In this document: piece after piece, positions 1 through 9,168 of the stretch
How the letters are laid out: the number at the start of each line of letters is the position of its first letter
Position numbering within the stretch: position 1 is the stretch's first letter
Assembly (NCBI GenBank): GCA_963730185.1
Contig: CAVSQW010000007.1
Coordinates: 96,001 to 160,000 of the forward strand
Length of the DNA: 64,000 bases
Origin: an uncultured Gemmatimonadales bacterium
GTDB lineage: Bacteria > Gemmatimonadota > Gemmatimonadetes > Gemmatimonadales > GWC2-71-9
Reading direction: 5' to 3'
Notes under the pieces: generated by a model
What the model was told of the DNA's origin: nothing
Databases searched by the model: none
Seen by the model: only the letters and a program-made list of their open reading frames with translations
Made by a program: the position numbers and the translations under genes

Positions 1-737
1 GCGGCGTTGAGTAGACCGGCCAGGCGCCGAGCGGCCAGCGCCATCCGGTCGAGCACCAGGTCCGAGCCCGCCCGGGCGTAGTCGTCATCGATGGGGTCGT
101 CGCTCCTGACCCGGTACACCCGGTCCCGGGACAGGTCGTGCGATTCGGCCGCCCACTCCAGCACGTCGAGCGAGGGGGGTGGCAAGCGGGCAGCGCGGCG
201 GGCCACCTCCGCGTCGAGGGCCACGTCGTCCAACCCAGCCCATGCCAGGAGCCCGCTGTCCCAGACCGAGTGGAGGTTGGTCTCCGCCCCCATGAAGGTT
301 ACCCGAACGTCGTTGCCGCCCCGGTCGTGGTGCTCACCGACGTGAAGGGGCTGGTGGACGTCTCCTACGAAATGGGTCAGGTACCAGAGGGCTTCGCGTC
401 GCGCGGCCCGGGGCGCGGTCGAGTCGACCAGCATCCGCCGAAACCAGGGGATGATCTCGATCACGCAGTCGCGGGTCGGACAGTCGCGGGCCTGGACGTA
501 GCCGGCCGAGTCGATCGGGACGTCGACATAGTGCCAGGGGCCGGTCTCGCGGAGAGTCGAGCGGATCTCGTCGGCCCAGTTGGACGCGGCGATGAAGGCG
601 GAGTCGGAGCCGGCGAGCTCCACGACTCTGGTGTGGGCGGTGGGGGTCAGGTAGTCGAGCGCCACCCGGGCGATGGCCCGGTGACCCGAAGGGCCCCAGA
701 AGGCTGCCGAGACGGCGAGGAACCAGGATGCGAGCAT
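1..737 (-). CDS. S1/P1 nuclease (3' end runs off the window)
   Basis: Not in the ORF track; translated by hand from ATG 737: MLASWFLAVSAAF-WGPSGH...SNWADEIR...WHYVD...HFVGDVHQPLH...DRGGN...NLHSVWDS. These are the S1/P1 zinc-ligand motifs after a short leader. Confidence 0.93.
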   Translation of the reverse strand, partial: MLASWFLAVSAAFWGPSGHRAIARVALDYLTPTAHTRVVELAGSDSAFIAASNWADEIRSTLRETGPWHYVDVPIDSAGYVQARDCPTRDCVIEIIPWFRRMLVDSTAPRAARREALWYLTHFVGDVHQPLHVGEHHDRGGNDVRVTFMGAETNLHSVWDSGLLAWAGLDDVALDAEVARRAARLPPPSLDVLEWAAESHDLSRDRVYRVRSDDPIDDDYARAGSDLVLDRMALAARRLAGLLNA

Positions 738-765
738 GGGGAGCGACCGAGGACGTGAAAGCGAA

Positions 766-798
766 GTGGCCGGTTACCCTACCACGGTAACCGGCCAC
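766..798 (-). terminator. Probable intrinsic terminator
   Basis: 13-bp perfect stem GTGGCCGGTTACC / GGTAACCGGCCAC just after the stop of the 821..1753 gene, followed on the minus strand by TTCGCTTTC. Confidence 0.65.
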
Positions 799-820
799 CC
801 GCTGGTAAAGCCAGTCGAGA

Positions 821-1753
821 TCAGTCTTCGACGATGATCAAGAACCTGGTGTTGGTCCAGAAGTTTTCGGGGTTGGTGATCTGGAGGTTGCCCCGGAACT
901 TGCCCTTGTTGTCCGCCGGCACGTTGGCGAATGCCAGGTTCTGGTTGGTGACGATCTTGTAGTCCTTGTCCGCGCGCGGCAGCGGGATCTCCGTTACCTG
1001 GCGGCGATCGATCGCGGTGAAGAGCGACGGGTCGAGGCTGTCGGTCGGCTTCAGGGTCTCACCGGTTCGGGTGAAGATCAGGAACCGGGTGCCACCGACT
1101 TCCTTGATGATCCCCTTGTCCTCGAGCTCCTTCTTGGTGCCCACGACGTAGTAGACCGTGTTCTCCCGAGTGGTCATCGCCCCGACCGTATCGGTCAGCG
1201 TGGCGTTGGCGTCGGTGAGGGTGGTCACCTGGGCCTTGGTCTCGTTGAGCTCGGACTCCAGGTTGGCGATCGTCGTCTTCTGCCCCTCGACCATGCCCTT
1301 GAGGCCGTCGATGGTGGTCTGGAAGTCGGCGAGGGTCGCCTTCAGGCTGTCCGAGGTGGCACCAAGCCGGCGGACCCGACGCTGGCTCGCGGCGAGCCGG
1401 GACTCACTGGTCTTGAGCCGAGCGGTGATGTCCTCGACCTTCTTGAGCACCATGGCGCGATCGCTCGGTGACGCGGAGAGCTGGCTCTCCGGGTTCACGA
1501 CCGGCTCGACGCCCTTTTTCGACTTGGTGCTGACCGAGTTGAGCTCGGTATTGATGTCGGCCAGGACCTTGGTGGTCTCGGCCAGATCACGGAACAGGCT
1601 GTCCTTGGTGGCCGCGACGGCCGCCATCTGCTCGGTCTGAGTGCGGAAATATTCCGTGGAATCCGACGGAATCGACCGGACGACCTGGCCCTTGGGCGTG
1701 GTACTGCACCCCACGGCCGCCAGGACGACGATGCTAAGTAGCGCTCGGTTCAT
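821..1753 (-). CDS. Coiled-coil lipoprotein, Cbp1-like (Bacteroidota adhesin family-like)
   Basis: Lipobox AVGC, long heptad coiled coil, C-terminal domain NTVYYVVGTKKEL...FTAIDRR..EIPL...ITNPENFW...FLII. GGAGG upstream. The family call is from recall only. Confidence 0.7.
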   Translation of the reverse strand: MNRALLSIVVLAAVGCSTTPKGQVVRSIPSDSTEYFRTQTEQMAAVAATKDSLFRDLAETTKVLADINTELNSVSTKSKKGVEPVVNPESQLSASPSDRAMVLKKVEDITARLKTSESRLAASQRRVRRLGATSDSLKATLADFQTTIDGLKGMVEGQKTTIANLESELNETKAQVTTLTDANATLTDTVGAMTTRENTVYYVVGTKKELEDKGIIKEVGGTRFLIFTRTGETLKPTDSLDPSLFTAIDRRQVTEIPLPRADKDYKIVTNQNLAFANVPADNKGKFRGNLQITNPENFWTNTRFLIIVED

Positions 1754-1906
1754 GACTTACCCTCCACCTTTGATGGGCTCGGGGCTCTGGATGAACGCCC
1801 CTCGGTACAGCATGTCGGTGCAGCACGTAAGATCGCTAGTGATCTCGAGTACTCCAAGGGACGACGGGCGCGCCAGCGGTTGCACACCAATCCCCTCTCG
1901 GTCAAC

Positions 1907-1936
1907 TTGACACCCTGCGGGAACGGGCCCCAAATT
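1907..1936 (+). promoter_or_regulatory. Possible sigma-70 promoter of the TonB-dependent receptor
   Basis: Perfect TTGACA at 1907-1912, 18-nt spacer, weak -10 CAAATT. Confidence 0.4.
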
Positions 1937-1993
1937 GTTGTAGGACAACCGTTTCGGCCCCGCGAACACTCCCATACTCGTTTCGAGGACATA

Positions 1994-4813
1994 ATGCGCG
2001 CGTACCTGCGGACCTGGCTGGTGGCTGTGGCAGCGCTCGTGGCGTCGGTCGGGGTGGCGTCGGCTCAGACCGGCACCATCAAAGGCCGGGTCACCGACAG
2101 TACCCGGTCGCAGCCGCTGTCGGGTGCCCAGGTCAGCGTTCGGGATGCGTCCGGGCGACAGGTCGGGTCGGCGGTGTCCGCGTCGGGTGGCGACTACTCG
2201 GTCTCAGTGCCGGCCGGCACCTACCGGGTGCTGGTGTCGCTGATCCCGTTCGCGCCGAAGTCGTACGAGGGCGTGACCGTCACCGCCGGGGGGACCACGA
2301 CGGTCGATGTCCTGCTGATCTCCTCCACCTATCAGATGTCGGAAATGGTGGTCACGGCCGTTTCCAGGGTTCCCGAAAAGCTGACCGAGGCTCCGGCCGA
2401 GATCACCGTCATTCCGGCGGTCAAGATCCAGGAGCGGCCCAGCCTCACCGTCACCGATCAGCTGGCCGAGGTTCCCGGGGTGCAGATCTCTCAGGGCGGC
2501 TTGGTCCAGGCCAACGTGGTAGGCCGGGGGTTCAACAACATCTTCTCCGGTGCGCTGCTCACCATGATCGACAACCGGTATGCCTCGGTGCCGTCGCTCC
2601 GGGTCAACGTGCCGGCGTTCTTCCCGACCACCAACGAGGACATCGAGCGGATCGAGTTCGTGCTCGGACCCGGGGCGGCGCTCTACGGGCCCAACGCGGC
2701 CGACGGCGTGTTGGCGATCACCACCAAGTCGCCGATCACCTCGCCGGGGAACACCATCGCCTTCGAGGCGGGGGCCCGTTCGTCGTCGCCGTCGCGGCCC
2801 GCGGGGGCGCCCAGCGACGCGGCCGGGCTCTATCGGTTGAGCTTCCGGAGTGCCACGGCTTTCTCTCCCAAAGTGGGCTTCAAGATCTCGGGCGAGTACC
2901 TGAAGGGCACCGACTGGCGCTACGCCGACGCGGCCGATACGCTCTCGCCCGGCACCACGGCGAACTCGCGGACCGCGTGCTCCCTCTCGAGCCATCCGTT
3001 CGGCTGTCGCAACTTCAACCTCGAGAAGTGGAGCGGCGAGGCTCGGCTCGACGTCAAGCCGAACGAGAACACCGAGTGGATCACCAGCTACGGCCGGAGC
3101 CAGGCGGTGAGCCTGATCGAGCTCACCGGGATCGGGGCCGGTCAGGCGAAGGACTGGGTCTATCAGGACATTCAGACCCGGTTCCGCTACAAGGAGCTCT
3201 TTGCCCAGGCGTTCGTGAACTTCAGCAACGCCGGGCAGACCTTCCTGCTCCGGAGCGGTAACCCGATCGTGGACCGGTCGCGGCTCTGGGCCGGCCAGAT
3301 TCAGCACGGGTTCAGCATCGGAGCCAACGAGACGATCATCTACGGGGCCGACTACCTCTTCACCCAGCCGGTCACGGATGGCACGGTCAACGGCTCGAAC
3401 GAGGCCGACGACAACATCAAGGAAGTCGGCGGCTACGTCCACAGCGTGACCCACGTCAGTCCCAAGGTCGACGTGGTGGCCGCCCTCCGGGCCGACAAGC
3501 ACAACCGGCTGGACAAGGCGGTGTTCTCACCCCGGGTGGCGTTCGTGTTCAAGCCGAACGACGAAAACAACTTCCGGGTGACCTACAACCGCGCTTTCTC
3601 GACCCCGACCAGCAACAACCTGTCCCTCGACATCCTGGCGGGATCGGTGCCGCTCGGCGGCGGCCTGTCGTACGGGATCCGGGCGCTTGGCGTGCCGCAA
3701 GGGGGCTTCCACTTCCGAGCCAGCGGCGGGTGTACGGGCGGGGTGAGCAACCTCTGCATGCGGAGCCCGTTCGATCCGAGCAACACGCTCCTGCCGGCCA
3801 GCGCCAACCTGCTCTGGTCGGCGGCCGTGGCCGCGGTGCTACCGACCCTCCAGCAGATCAACCCGCAGCTGGCGGGCGCCCTCCAGGCCATCCCGACGCC
3901 CAGCGCCGCGCAGGTCGGGACCACGCTCCGGACGCTGAACCCGACCACGGCGTCGTTTACCGAGATCAATCCCGACAACGTCACCGACATCCAGACCCTG
4001 AAGCCCTCGATCACCAACACGGTCGAGCTCGGCTACAAGCTGGCCAAGGGGCGGAAGGCCAGCTTCTCGGTCTCGGGCTACTACGAACACCGGGAGAACT
4101 TCATCGGCCCGCTGATCGTCGAGACGCCCAACGTGTTCCTCGATCCGACCTCGCTGGCGAGCTACCTGGGCGCCGCTCTGGCCCAGGTGGGCGTCCCCGC
4201 GGCGCAGATCCCGGCCGCGGTGCAGGCCATCGCCGGCGGGATGGCGAAGGTGCCGCTCGCGACGGTCGTGCCCAACCAGGCCGGGACCGGCGGCTCGCGG
4301 GACGCGCTGGTCAACGATTCCGATCTCTTCCTGACCTACCGGAACTTCGGCACGGTCGACCTGTTCGGCGCCGACCTGGCGCTCGACTACGCCTTCAACG
4401 ATCGGTTCTCGTTCTCGGGTACCTACTCGTGGGTGAACAAGGATCTCTTCACGGCGGCCGACGTGGGCGGGCCGACCGACATCGCGCTCAACGCCTCCAA
4501 GAGCCACGGCTCGGCGGCCTTCCGGTATCGGAACGACGTGGCCGGCTGGGGCGCCGAGGTGCGGGTTCGGGCGGTGAAGGGCTTCCCGGTGAACTCGGGC
4601 GTCTACGTGAGTGAGAGCAAGAACGGGATCCTGCAGCCGACCGACAGCTACGGTGTGCTCGACCTGCAGGCCAGCTGGCGGCCCCCGGTCGGCGTTCGGA
4701 ACATGCTGATCTCGGCCACGATGACCAACGTGCTCAACCACGCTTACGCCACCTTCGTCGGCGTGCCGAAGCTCGGCCGCCTGCTGCTCACCAAGGTGTC
4801 GTACACGTTCTAG
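1994..4813 (+). CDS. TonB-dependent receptor with N-terminal carboxypeptidase-regulatory-like domain
   Basis: GAGGA RBS before ATG 1994, signal peptide ending ASA-Q, GTIKGRVTD domain, plug motifs (RGFN, IERIEFVLGPGAALYG, GVLAITTK), C-terminal Phe. Confidence 0.93.
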   Translation: MRAYLRTWLVAVAALVASVGVASAQTGTIKGRVTDSTRSQPLSGAQVSVRDASGRQVGSAVSASGGDYSVSVPAGTYRVLVSLIPFAPKSYEGVTVTAGGTTTVDVLLISSTYQMSEMVVTAVSRVPEKLTEAPAEITVIPAVKIQERPSLTVTDQLAEVPGVQISQGGLVQANVVGRGFNNIFSGALLTMIDNRYASVPSLRVNVPAFFPTTNEDIERIEFVLGPGAALYGPNAADGVLAITTKSPITSPGNTIAFEAGARSSSPSRPAGAPSDAAGLYRLSFRSATAFSPKVGFKISGEYLKGTDWRYADAADTLSPGTTANSRTACSLSSHPFGCRNFNLEKWSGEARLDVKPNENTEWITSYGRSQAVSLIELTGIGAGQAKDWVYQDIQTRFRYKELFAQAFVNFSNAGQTFLLRSGNPIVDRSRLWAGQIQHGFSIGANETIIYGADYLFTQPVTDGTVNGSNEADDNIKEVGGYVHSVTHVSPKVDVVAALRADKHNRLDKAVFSPRVAFVFKPNDENNFRVTYNRAFSTPTSNNLSLDILAGSVPLGGGLSYGIRALGVPQGGFHFRASGGCTGGVSNLCMRSPFDPSNTLLPASANLLWSAAVAAVLPTLQQINPQLAGALQAIPTPSAAQVGTTLRTLNPTTASFTEINPDNVTDIQTLKPSITNTVELGYKLAKGRKASFSVSGYYEHRENFIGPLIVETPNVFLDPTSLASYLGAALAQVGVPAAQIPAAVQAIAGGMAKVPLATVVPNQAGTGGSRDALVNDSDLFLTYRNFGTVDLFGADLALDYAFNDRFSFSGTYSWVNKDLFTAADVGGPTDIALNASKSHGSAAFRYRNDVAGWGAEVRVRAVKGFPVNSGVYVSESKNGILQPTDSYGVLDLQASWRPPVGVRNMLISATMTNVLNHAYATFVGVPKLGRLLLTKVSYTF

Positions 4814-4875
4814 CGTCTCCCGGCGAGGGGCGGGCGTCCTGCCCGCCCCGACCCGGATCTCCGATTCCGAGAACC

Positions 4876-5559
4876 ATGACTGACGCGACGCTCGCCGAGC
4901 GCCACCCCTGGCTCGCCTGGGTGGTGCCCTTTGCCGTCTTCATGCTCTTGCTGGGCGTGGTGCCCGGGCTCGGACTCCCGGCCCGCCTCGACGCGGTGCT
5001 CCGGGTCGGGGTGCCGGCGCTCGCGATTCTGCTGGTGGCCCGGCCGGCACTCGACTTCGGGGTCGCCCGCCCGCTCGCCACGATCGGGGTGGGGATCGCG
5101 GTCTTCGCGCTCTGGATCGGTCCGGACCTGCTGGTGCCCGGGTACCGGGCCCACGTCATCTTCCAGAATGCCCTGACCGGCACCACCGAGAGCGGGGTGC
5201 CGGCCGCGGTCCGCTCGGACCCCGTGGTCCTGAGTCTTCGATTCCTGCGCGGGGCGATCGTGGTGCCGATCGTCGAGGAGCTCTTCTGGCGAGGCTGGCT
5301 CCCGCGGTGGCTCGACCGTCCCGACGACTTCCGGGCCCGGGCCCTCGGGTCGTTCACCCGGTTCTCGTTCTGGGCGACGGCGGTGCTCTTTGCGCTGGAG
5401 CACGGCCCCTACTGGGACGTGGGTCTCTTGGCGGGCCTGATCTACAACTGGTGGATGACCAGAACCCGGAAGATCGGAGATCTGATCCTCTGCCACGCGG
5501 TCACGAATGCCTGTCTGGGGGTCTACGTCCTGCTGTCGGGTCGATGGGGGTATTGGTGA
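4876..5559 (+). CDS. CAAX prenyl protease-related (CPBP/Abi) intramembrane protease
   Basis: Multi-TM protein with PIVEELFWRG, FALEH and HAVTN motifs. Confidence 0.88.
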   Translation: MTDATLAERHPWLAWVVPFAVFMLLLGVVPGLGLPARLDAVLRVGVPALAILLVARPALDFGVARPLATIGVGIAVFALWIGPDLLVPGYRAHVIFQNALTGTTESGVPAAVRSDPVVLSLRFLRGAIVVPIVEELFWRGWLPRWLDRPDDFRARALGSFTRFSFWATAVLFALEHGPYWDVGLLAGLIYNWWMTRTRKIGDLILCHAVTNACLGVYVLLSGRWGYW

Positions 5560-5678
5560 GGATGGTGAGTGGTGATTGGTGAGTGGTGAATAGGGAGGGA
5601 GTCGTGAATGGGCAGTAGGCCCTACCGCCTACTCACCACTCCCTCCCTAGTCACTACTCTCCAATCACAACTCCCTAC
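5556..5678. repeat. Heptamer-based palindromic intergenic element, copy 1
   Basis: GGTGAGT-type units on the left and the complementary units on the right. 29-bp arms at 5591-5619 and 5621-5649 with 4 mismatches. Confidence 0.8.
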
Positions 5679-6238
5679 GTTCCCTTCCGGGCGGTCAGGA
5701 GGACCGTCGGTTCGGAGCTCAAGAGGCTGTCGGCGTCGAGGAAGATCCGGCGGACGCCCTTCCAGTAGGAACGCTTGGTGTGGGCGAGCTCGGTCTCGAT
5801 CACGCCCTTCCGGCGATTGGCGGCGTGGACGTACTTGCCGTCGCCAATATAGATGCCGATGTGGGTGATCCGCCGGCCCCGGCCGAACACCAGGAGATCG
5901 CCGGGGAGGAGGGCCGAGGTGTCCCTGGCGATCTCGATCCCGGCGTGGGCCTGCTCGGCCGCGGTGCGGGGCAGGTCGTGGCCGAACAGGGCGGCGATCC
6001 ACTGGACCAGGGCGCTGCAGTCGAAGGCCTTGCCGGGCTGTTTGGCGCCGAGGCGGTAGCGAAGTCCCACCTGCTGCCGGGTCAGATCGACCAGGGAATC
6101 GCGGCCGGCCAGGAGGGTGCGGCTCAGCGCTTCGAACGGCTTGGGTTGGGGGGTCTGGGCCTGGGCGCGACCGGTGGGAACCGCGGCAGCGGTGGCCCCG
6201 AGGCCCAGGACGAACGCGACCCGCCGAAAACCGTTCAT
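5675..6238 (-). CDS. NlpC/P60 (C40) cell-wall peptidase, secreted
   Basis: C-terminal part of the 602-aa track ORF; likely ATG at 6238. Signal peptide (AQA), catalytic FDCS, LPRTA, PGDLLVF, HIGIY and VHA motifs. Confidence 0.9.
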   Translation of the reverse strand: MNGFRRVAFVLGLGATAAAVPTGRAQAQTPQPKPFEALSRTLLAGRDSLVDLTRQQVGLRYRLGAKQPGKAFDCSALVQWIAALFGHDLPRTAAEQAHAGIEIARDTSALLPGDLLVFGRGRRITHIGIYIGDGKYVHAANRRKGVIETELAHTKRSYWKGVRRIFLDADSLLSSEPTVLLTARKGT

Positions 6239-6364
6239 GGCGGGCGTAACTAACCACGGAAACGCATTCCTGTCCACTTTGGAACCGGGCCGATCGGGCC
6301 TGCGGCAGCCCGACGGGAGTGATATACTTCCGTAGCACGGACTTACGGTCCGCGAGAATCCCTG

Positions 6365-7591
6365 ATGCTTCGAGTCACTCCTTTCCATCCGAGGACGTCC
6401 GTCCTCGTACAGGGCCAGGCCTGGCGCCGCTGGGCCGGGGCGACCGTGGCCTCGAGTTACGATCTGATCCCCGATCGGGAGTATGCCGCGATCCGGAGCT
6501 CGGTGGCCCTGCTCGACGTCTCTCCCCTCCACAAATATCTGCTCCGCGGGCCCGGCGCCGTTCGGCTGCTGGATCGGATGGTCACCCGGGACGTGACCCG
6601 GGCCAAGGTGGGGCAGGTGATGTACACCACCTGGTGCGACGGGCGCGGTAAGGTGATCGACGACGGGACCGTGAGCCGCTTGGACGAGACCACCTTCCGG
6701 CTCACCTCCGCGGAGCCCAACTTTCGATGGCTCGCCCGCAACGGCTTCCGCCTCGATGTCGAGGTCGAGGACGTGAGCGACTCGCTCGGGGCCCTGGCTC
6801 TCCAGGGGCCGCTGGCTCGTGACCTGCTCGAGGAGGTCGTGGAGGAGTCGGTGGCCGACCTGCGCTACTTCCGGGTAAGGCCCAATCGGATCGCCGGTCG
6901 GACGATCACGATCTCGCGAACCGGCTACACCGGCGATCTGGGATACGAGCTCTGGATCGACGCCGCCGATGCCCTCCCGGTCTGGGACGCGCTGGTGGAG
7001 GCCGGTCGGCGTTACGGGCTCACCCCGGCGGGCATCTGGGCGCTCGACCTGGCCCGGATCGAAGCCGGGCTGGTGATGCTCGACGTGGACTACCACTCGA
7101 GCCACCGGGCCTTGATCGACGACCAGACGTCGACGCCGTTCGAGCTCTCGCTCGACTGGACGGTCAAGCTCGACAAGGGACCCTACAACGGTCGGGCCGC
7201 GCTCCGGCGCGAGGCCGAACGGGGGCCGGCCTGGCGGTTCGTGGGCATCGAGGTCGACTGGGAGTCGCTCGAGGCGCTCTACGCCGAGCACCACCTGCCG
7301 CCTTCGCTCCCGACGGTGGCGTGGCGGGCCAGCGTGCCGCTCTATCGGGAGGGTGTCCAGATCGGCTACGCCTCCAGCGGGTGCTGGTCGCCGCTCCTCA
7401 AGCGCTACCTGGCCCTGGCCCATGTCCGGGCCGAGCACGCCGAGCCGGGCCGGTCGGTGGAGATGGAGATGACGGTCGAGCACCGGCGACGCCAGGCGGC
7501 GGCGCGGGTGGCCAAGCTGCCGTTCTTCGATCCCGAGCGGAAGAAATCGGGCGGACCGCCGGCCCCACGGCGCGACGGGGTGCCCGGGTGA
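6365..7591 (+). CDS. GcvT-like aminomethyltransferase / folate-binding family protein
   Basis: DVSPLHK, GKVIDDG, LALQGP, SRTGYTGDLGYEL and ARIEAG motifs. No gcvH or gcvP nearby. Confidence 0.88.
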   Translation: MLRVTPFHPRTSVLVQGQAWRRWAGATVASSYDLIPDREYAAIRSSVALLDVSPLHKYLLRGPGAVRLLDRMVTRDVTRAKVGQVMYTTWCDGRGKVIDDGTVSRLDETTFRLTSAEPNFRWLARNGFRLDVEVEDVSDSLGALALQGPLARDLLEEVVEESVADLRYFRVRPNRIAGRTITISRTGYTGDLGYELWIDAADALPVWDALVEAGRRYGLTPAGIWALDLARIEAGLVMLDVDYHSSHRALIDDQTSTPFELSLDWTVKLDKGPYNGRAALRREAERGPAWRFVGIEVDWESLEALYAEHHLPPSLPTVAWRASVPLYREGVQIGYASSGCWSPLLKRYLALAHVRAEHAEPGRSVEMEMTVEHRRRQAAARVAKLPFFDPERKKSGGPPAPRRDGVPG

Positions 7592-9168
7592 GCGGGGCGA
7601 ATCGGTACGACGCGATCGTGATCGGCGGCGGCCACAACGGGCTCGTCGCGGCGGCCTATCTCGCCCGGGCGGGCAAGCGGACCGTGGTCCTGGAACGGCG
7701 GCACCTGGTGGGCGGCGCCGCGGTGAGCGAAGAGGTCTTTCCGGGGTTCACCTTCTCGGTCTTCTCCTACGTGGTGAGCCTGCTCCGGCCCGAGATCATC
7801 CGCGACCTCGACCTTCCGGGGCACGGGCTCCAGATCCTGCCGCTCGAGAGCACCGTCACCCCGCTCGACAACGGCGACTACCTCGGGTCGTGGGCCGATC
7901 CGGACCTGTCCCGGCGGGAGCTCTATCGCCACTCGCCCCGGGACGCCGAGGCCGTGGTCGAATTCGGGCGGCTGATGCACCACATGGCCATGGCCGTGAG
8001 GCCGATTCTCGGGATGGTGCCGCCCGACCCGACCTCGCTCGCGCCCAGCGACCTCCGCGCGATGCTCAAGCTCGGCACCCACTTCCGCTCGCTCGGACCG
8101 GAGCGCTTCCACGCGCTCTACAAGCTGATGACGATGAGCTCGGCCGACTACCTGGACGAGTGGTACGAGTTCGACCCGCTCAAGGCCACCAAGTCGGCCA
8201 GCGGGATCATCGGAACCTTCCTGGGCCCCCGGTCGCCGGGGTCGGCGTACGTCCTGCTCCACCACTACATGGGCGAGATCGACGGCGCCTTCCGCGCGTG
8301 GGGCTTCGCCAAGGGCGGCACCGGGGCCATCTCCAATGCCATCGCGAGCGCCGCCCGGAGCTTCGGGGCGGAGATCCGGACCGAGGCGCCCGTCTCCCAC
8401 GTGATCGTGAAAGGCGGACGCGCCCAGGGCGTCGCGCTCGAGAACGGTGACGAGCTCGAGGCGCCGATCGTCATGTCGGGGCTCGACCCGCGCCGCACCT
8501 TCCTCGATCTGGTCGACTCGACCCAGTTGCCGGGCGAGCTGGTCGACGCCATCCGGAAGTTCCGGTTCCGGGGGTCGTCCGGGAAAGTGAACCTGGCGCT
8601 GAGCGAGCTGCCCGACTTCACCTGTCTCCCGGGTGAGGGGCCGCATCTTCGCGGGGCGATCTCGATCAGCCCGAGCGTCGAGTACCTGGAGCGGGCCTAC
8701 GACGACGCCAAGTACGGCGAGTTTTCGCGGCACCCCTACATGGACGTCATCCTCCCCTCGATGATCGACCCGGGGATGGCGCCGCCGGGCCAGCACGTGA
8801 TGAGCATCTTCGTCCAGTACGCGCCGTACCAGCTGAACGGCGGCTGGAATGACGAGCGGCGGGAGGCGTTCGGCGACGCGGTGATCGACACCCTCTCGCG
8901 CTACGCCCCCAACCTCAAGGGGGCGATCCTGCACCGGCAGGTGATCACCCCCGCCGACATCGAGCGGATCACCGGGCTCTCGGAGGGCAACATCTTCCAG
9001 GGCGAGCTGGCGCTGGAGCAGCTCTTCTTCCTCCGCCCGGCGCCGGCCTGGTCGAAGTACCGGACCCCGATCGAGGGCTACTTCCAGTGTGGGGCCGGCA
9101 CCCATCCGGGTGGTGGCATCATGGGAGCGTCGGGGCGGTTGGGCGCTCTGGCGGTGTTGGGGCGATGA
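7588..9168 (+). CDS. Phytoene dehydrogenase-like (PYROXD2-type) FAD oxidoreductase, copy A
   Basis: GTG overlaps the upstream TGA (GTGA). YDAIVIGGGHNGL FAD motif, KGGTG, YRTPI..FQCGAGTHPGGGIMGASG. Confidence 0.9.
   Translation: MSGANRYDAIVIGGGHNGLVAAAYLARAGKRTVVLERRHLVGGAAVSEEVFPGFTFSVFSYVVSLLRPEIIRDLDLPGHGLQILPLESTVTPLDNGDYLGSWADPDLSRRELYRHSPRDAEAVVEFGRLMHHMAMAVRPILGMVPPDPTSLAPSDLRAMLKLGTHFRSLGPERFHALYKLMTMSSADYLDEWYEFDPLKATKSASGIIGTFLGPRSPGSAYVLLHHYMGEIDGAFRAWGFAKGGTGAISNAIASAARSFGAEIRTEAPVSHVIVKGGRAQGVALENGDELEAPIVMSGLDPRRTFLDLVDSTQLPGELVDAIRKFRFRGSSGKVNLALSELPDFTCLPGEGPHLRGAISISPSVEYLERAYDDAKYGEFSRHPYMDVILPSMIDPGMAPPGQHVMSIFVQYAPYQLNGGWNDERREAFGDAVIDTLSRYAPNLKGAILHRQVITPADIERITGLSEGNIFQGELALEQLFFLRPAPAWSKYRTPIEGYFQCGAGTHPGGGIMGASGRLGALAVLGR

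Noticed and set aside
6365..7591. True gcvT of the glycine cleavage system
   Set aside because: Divergent N-terminus and no gcvH or gcvP adjacent.
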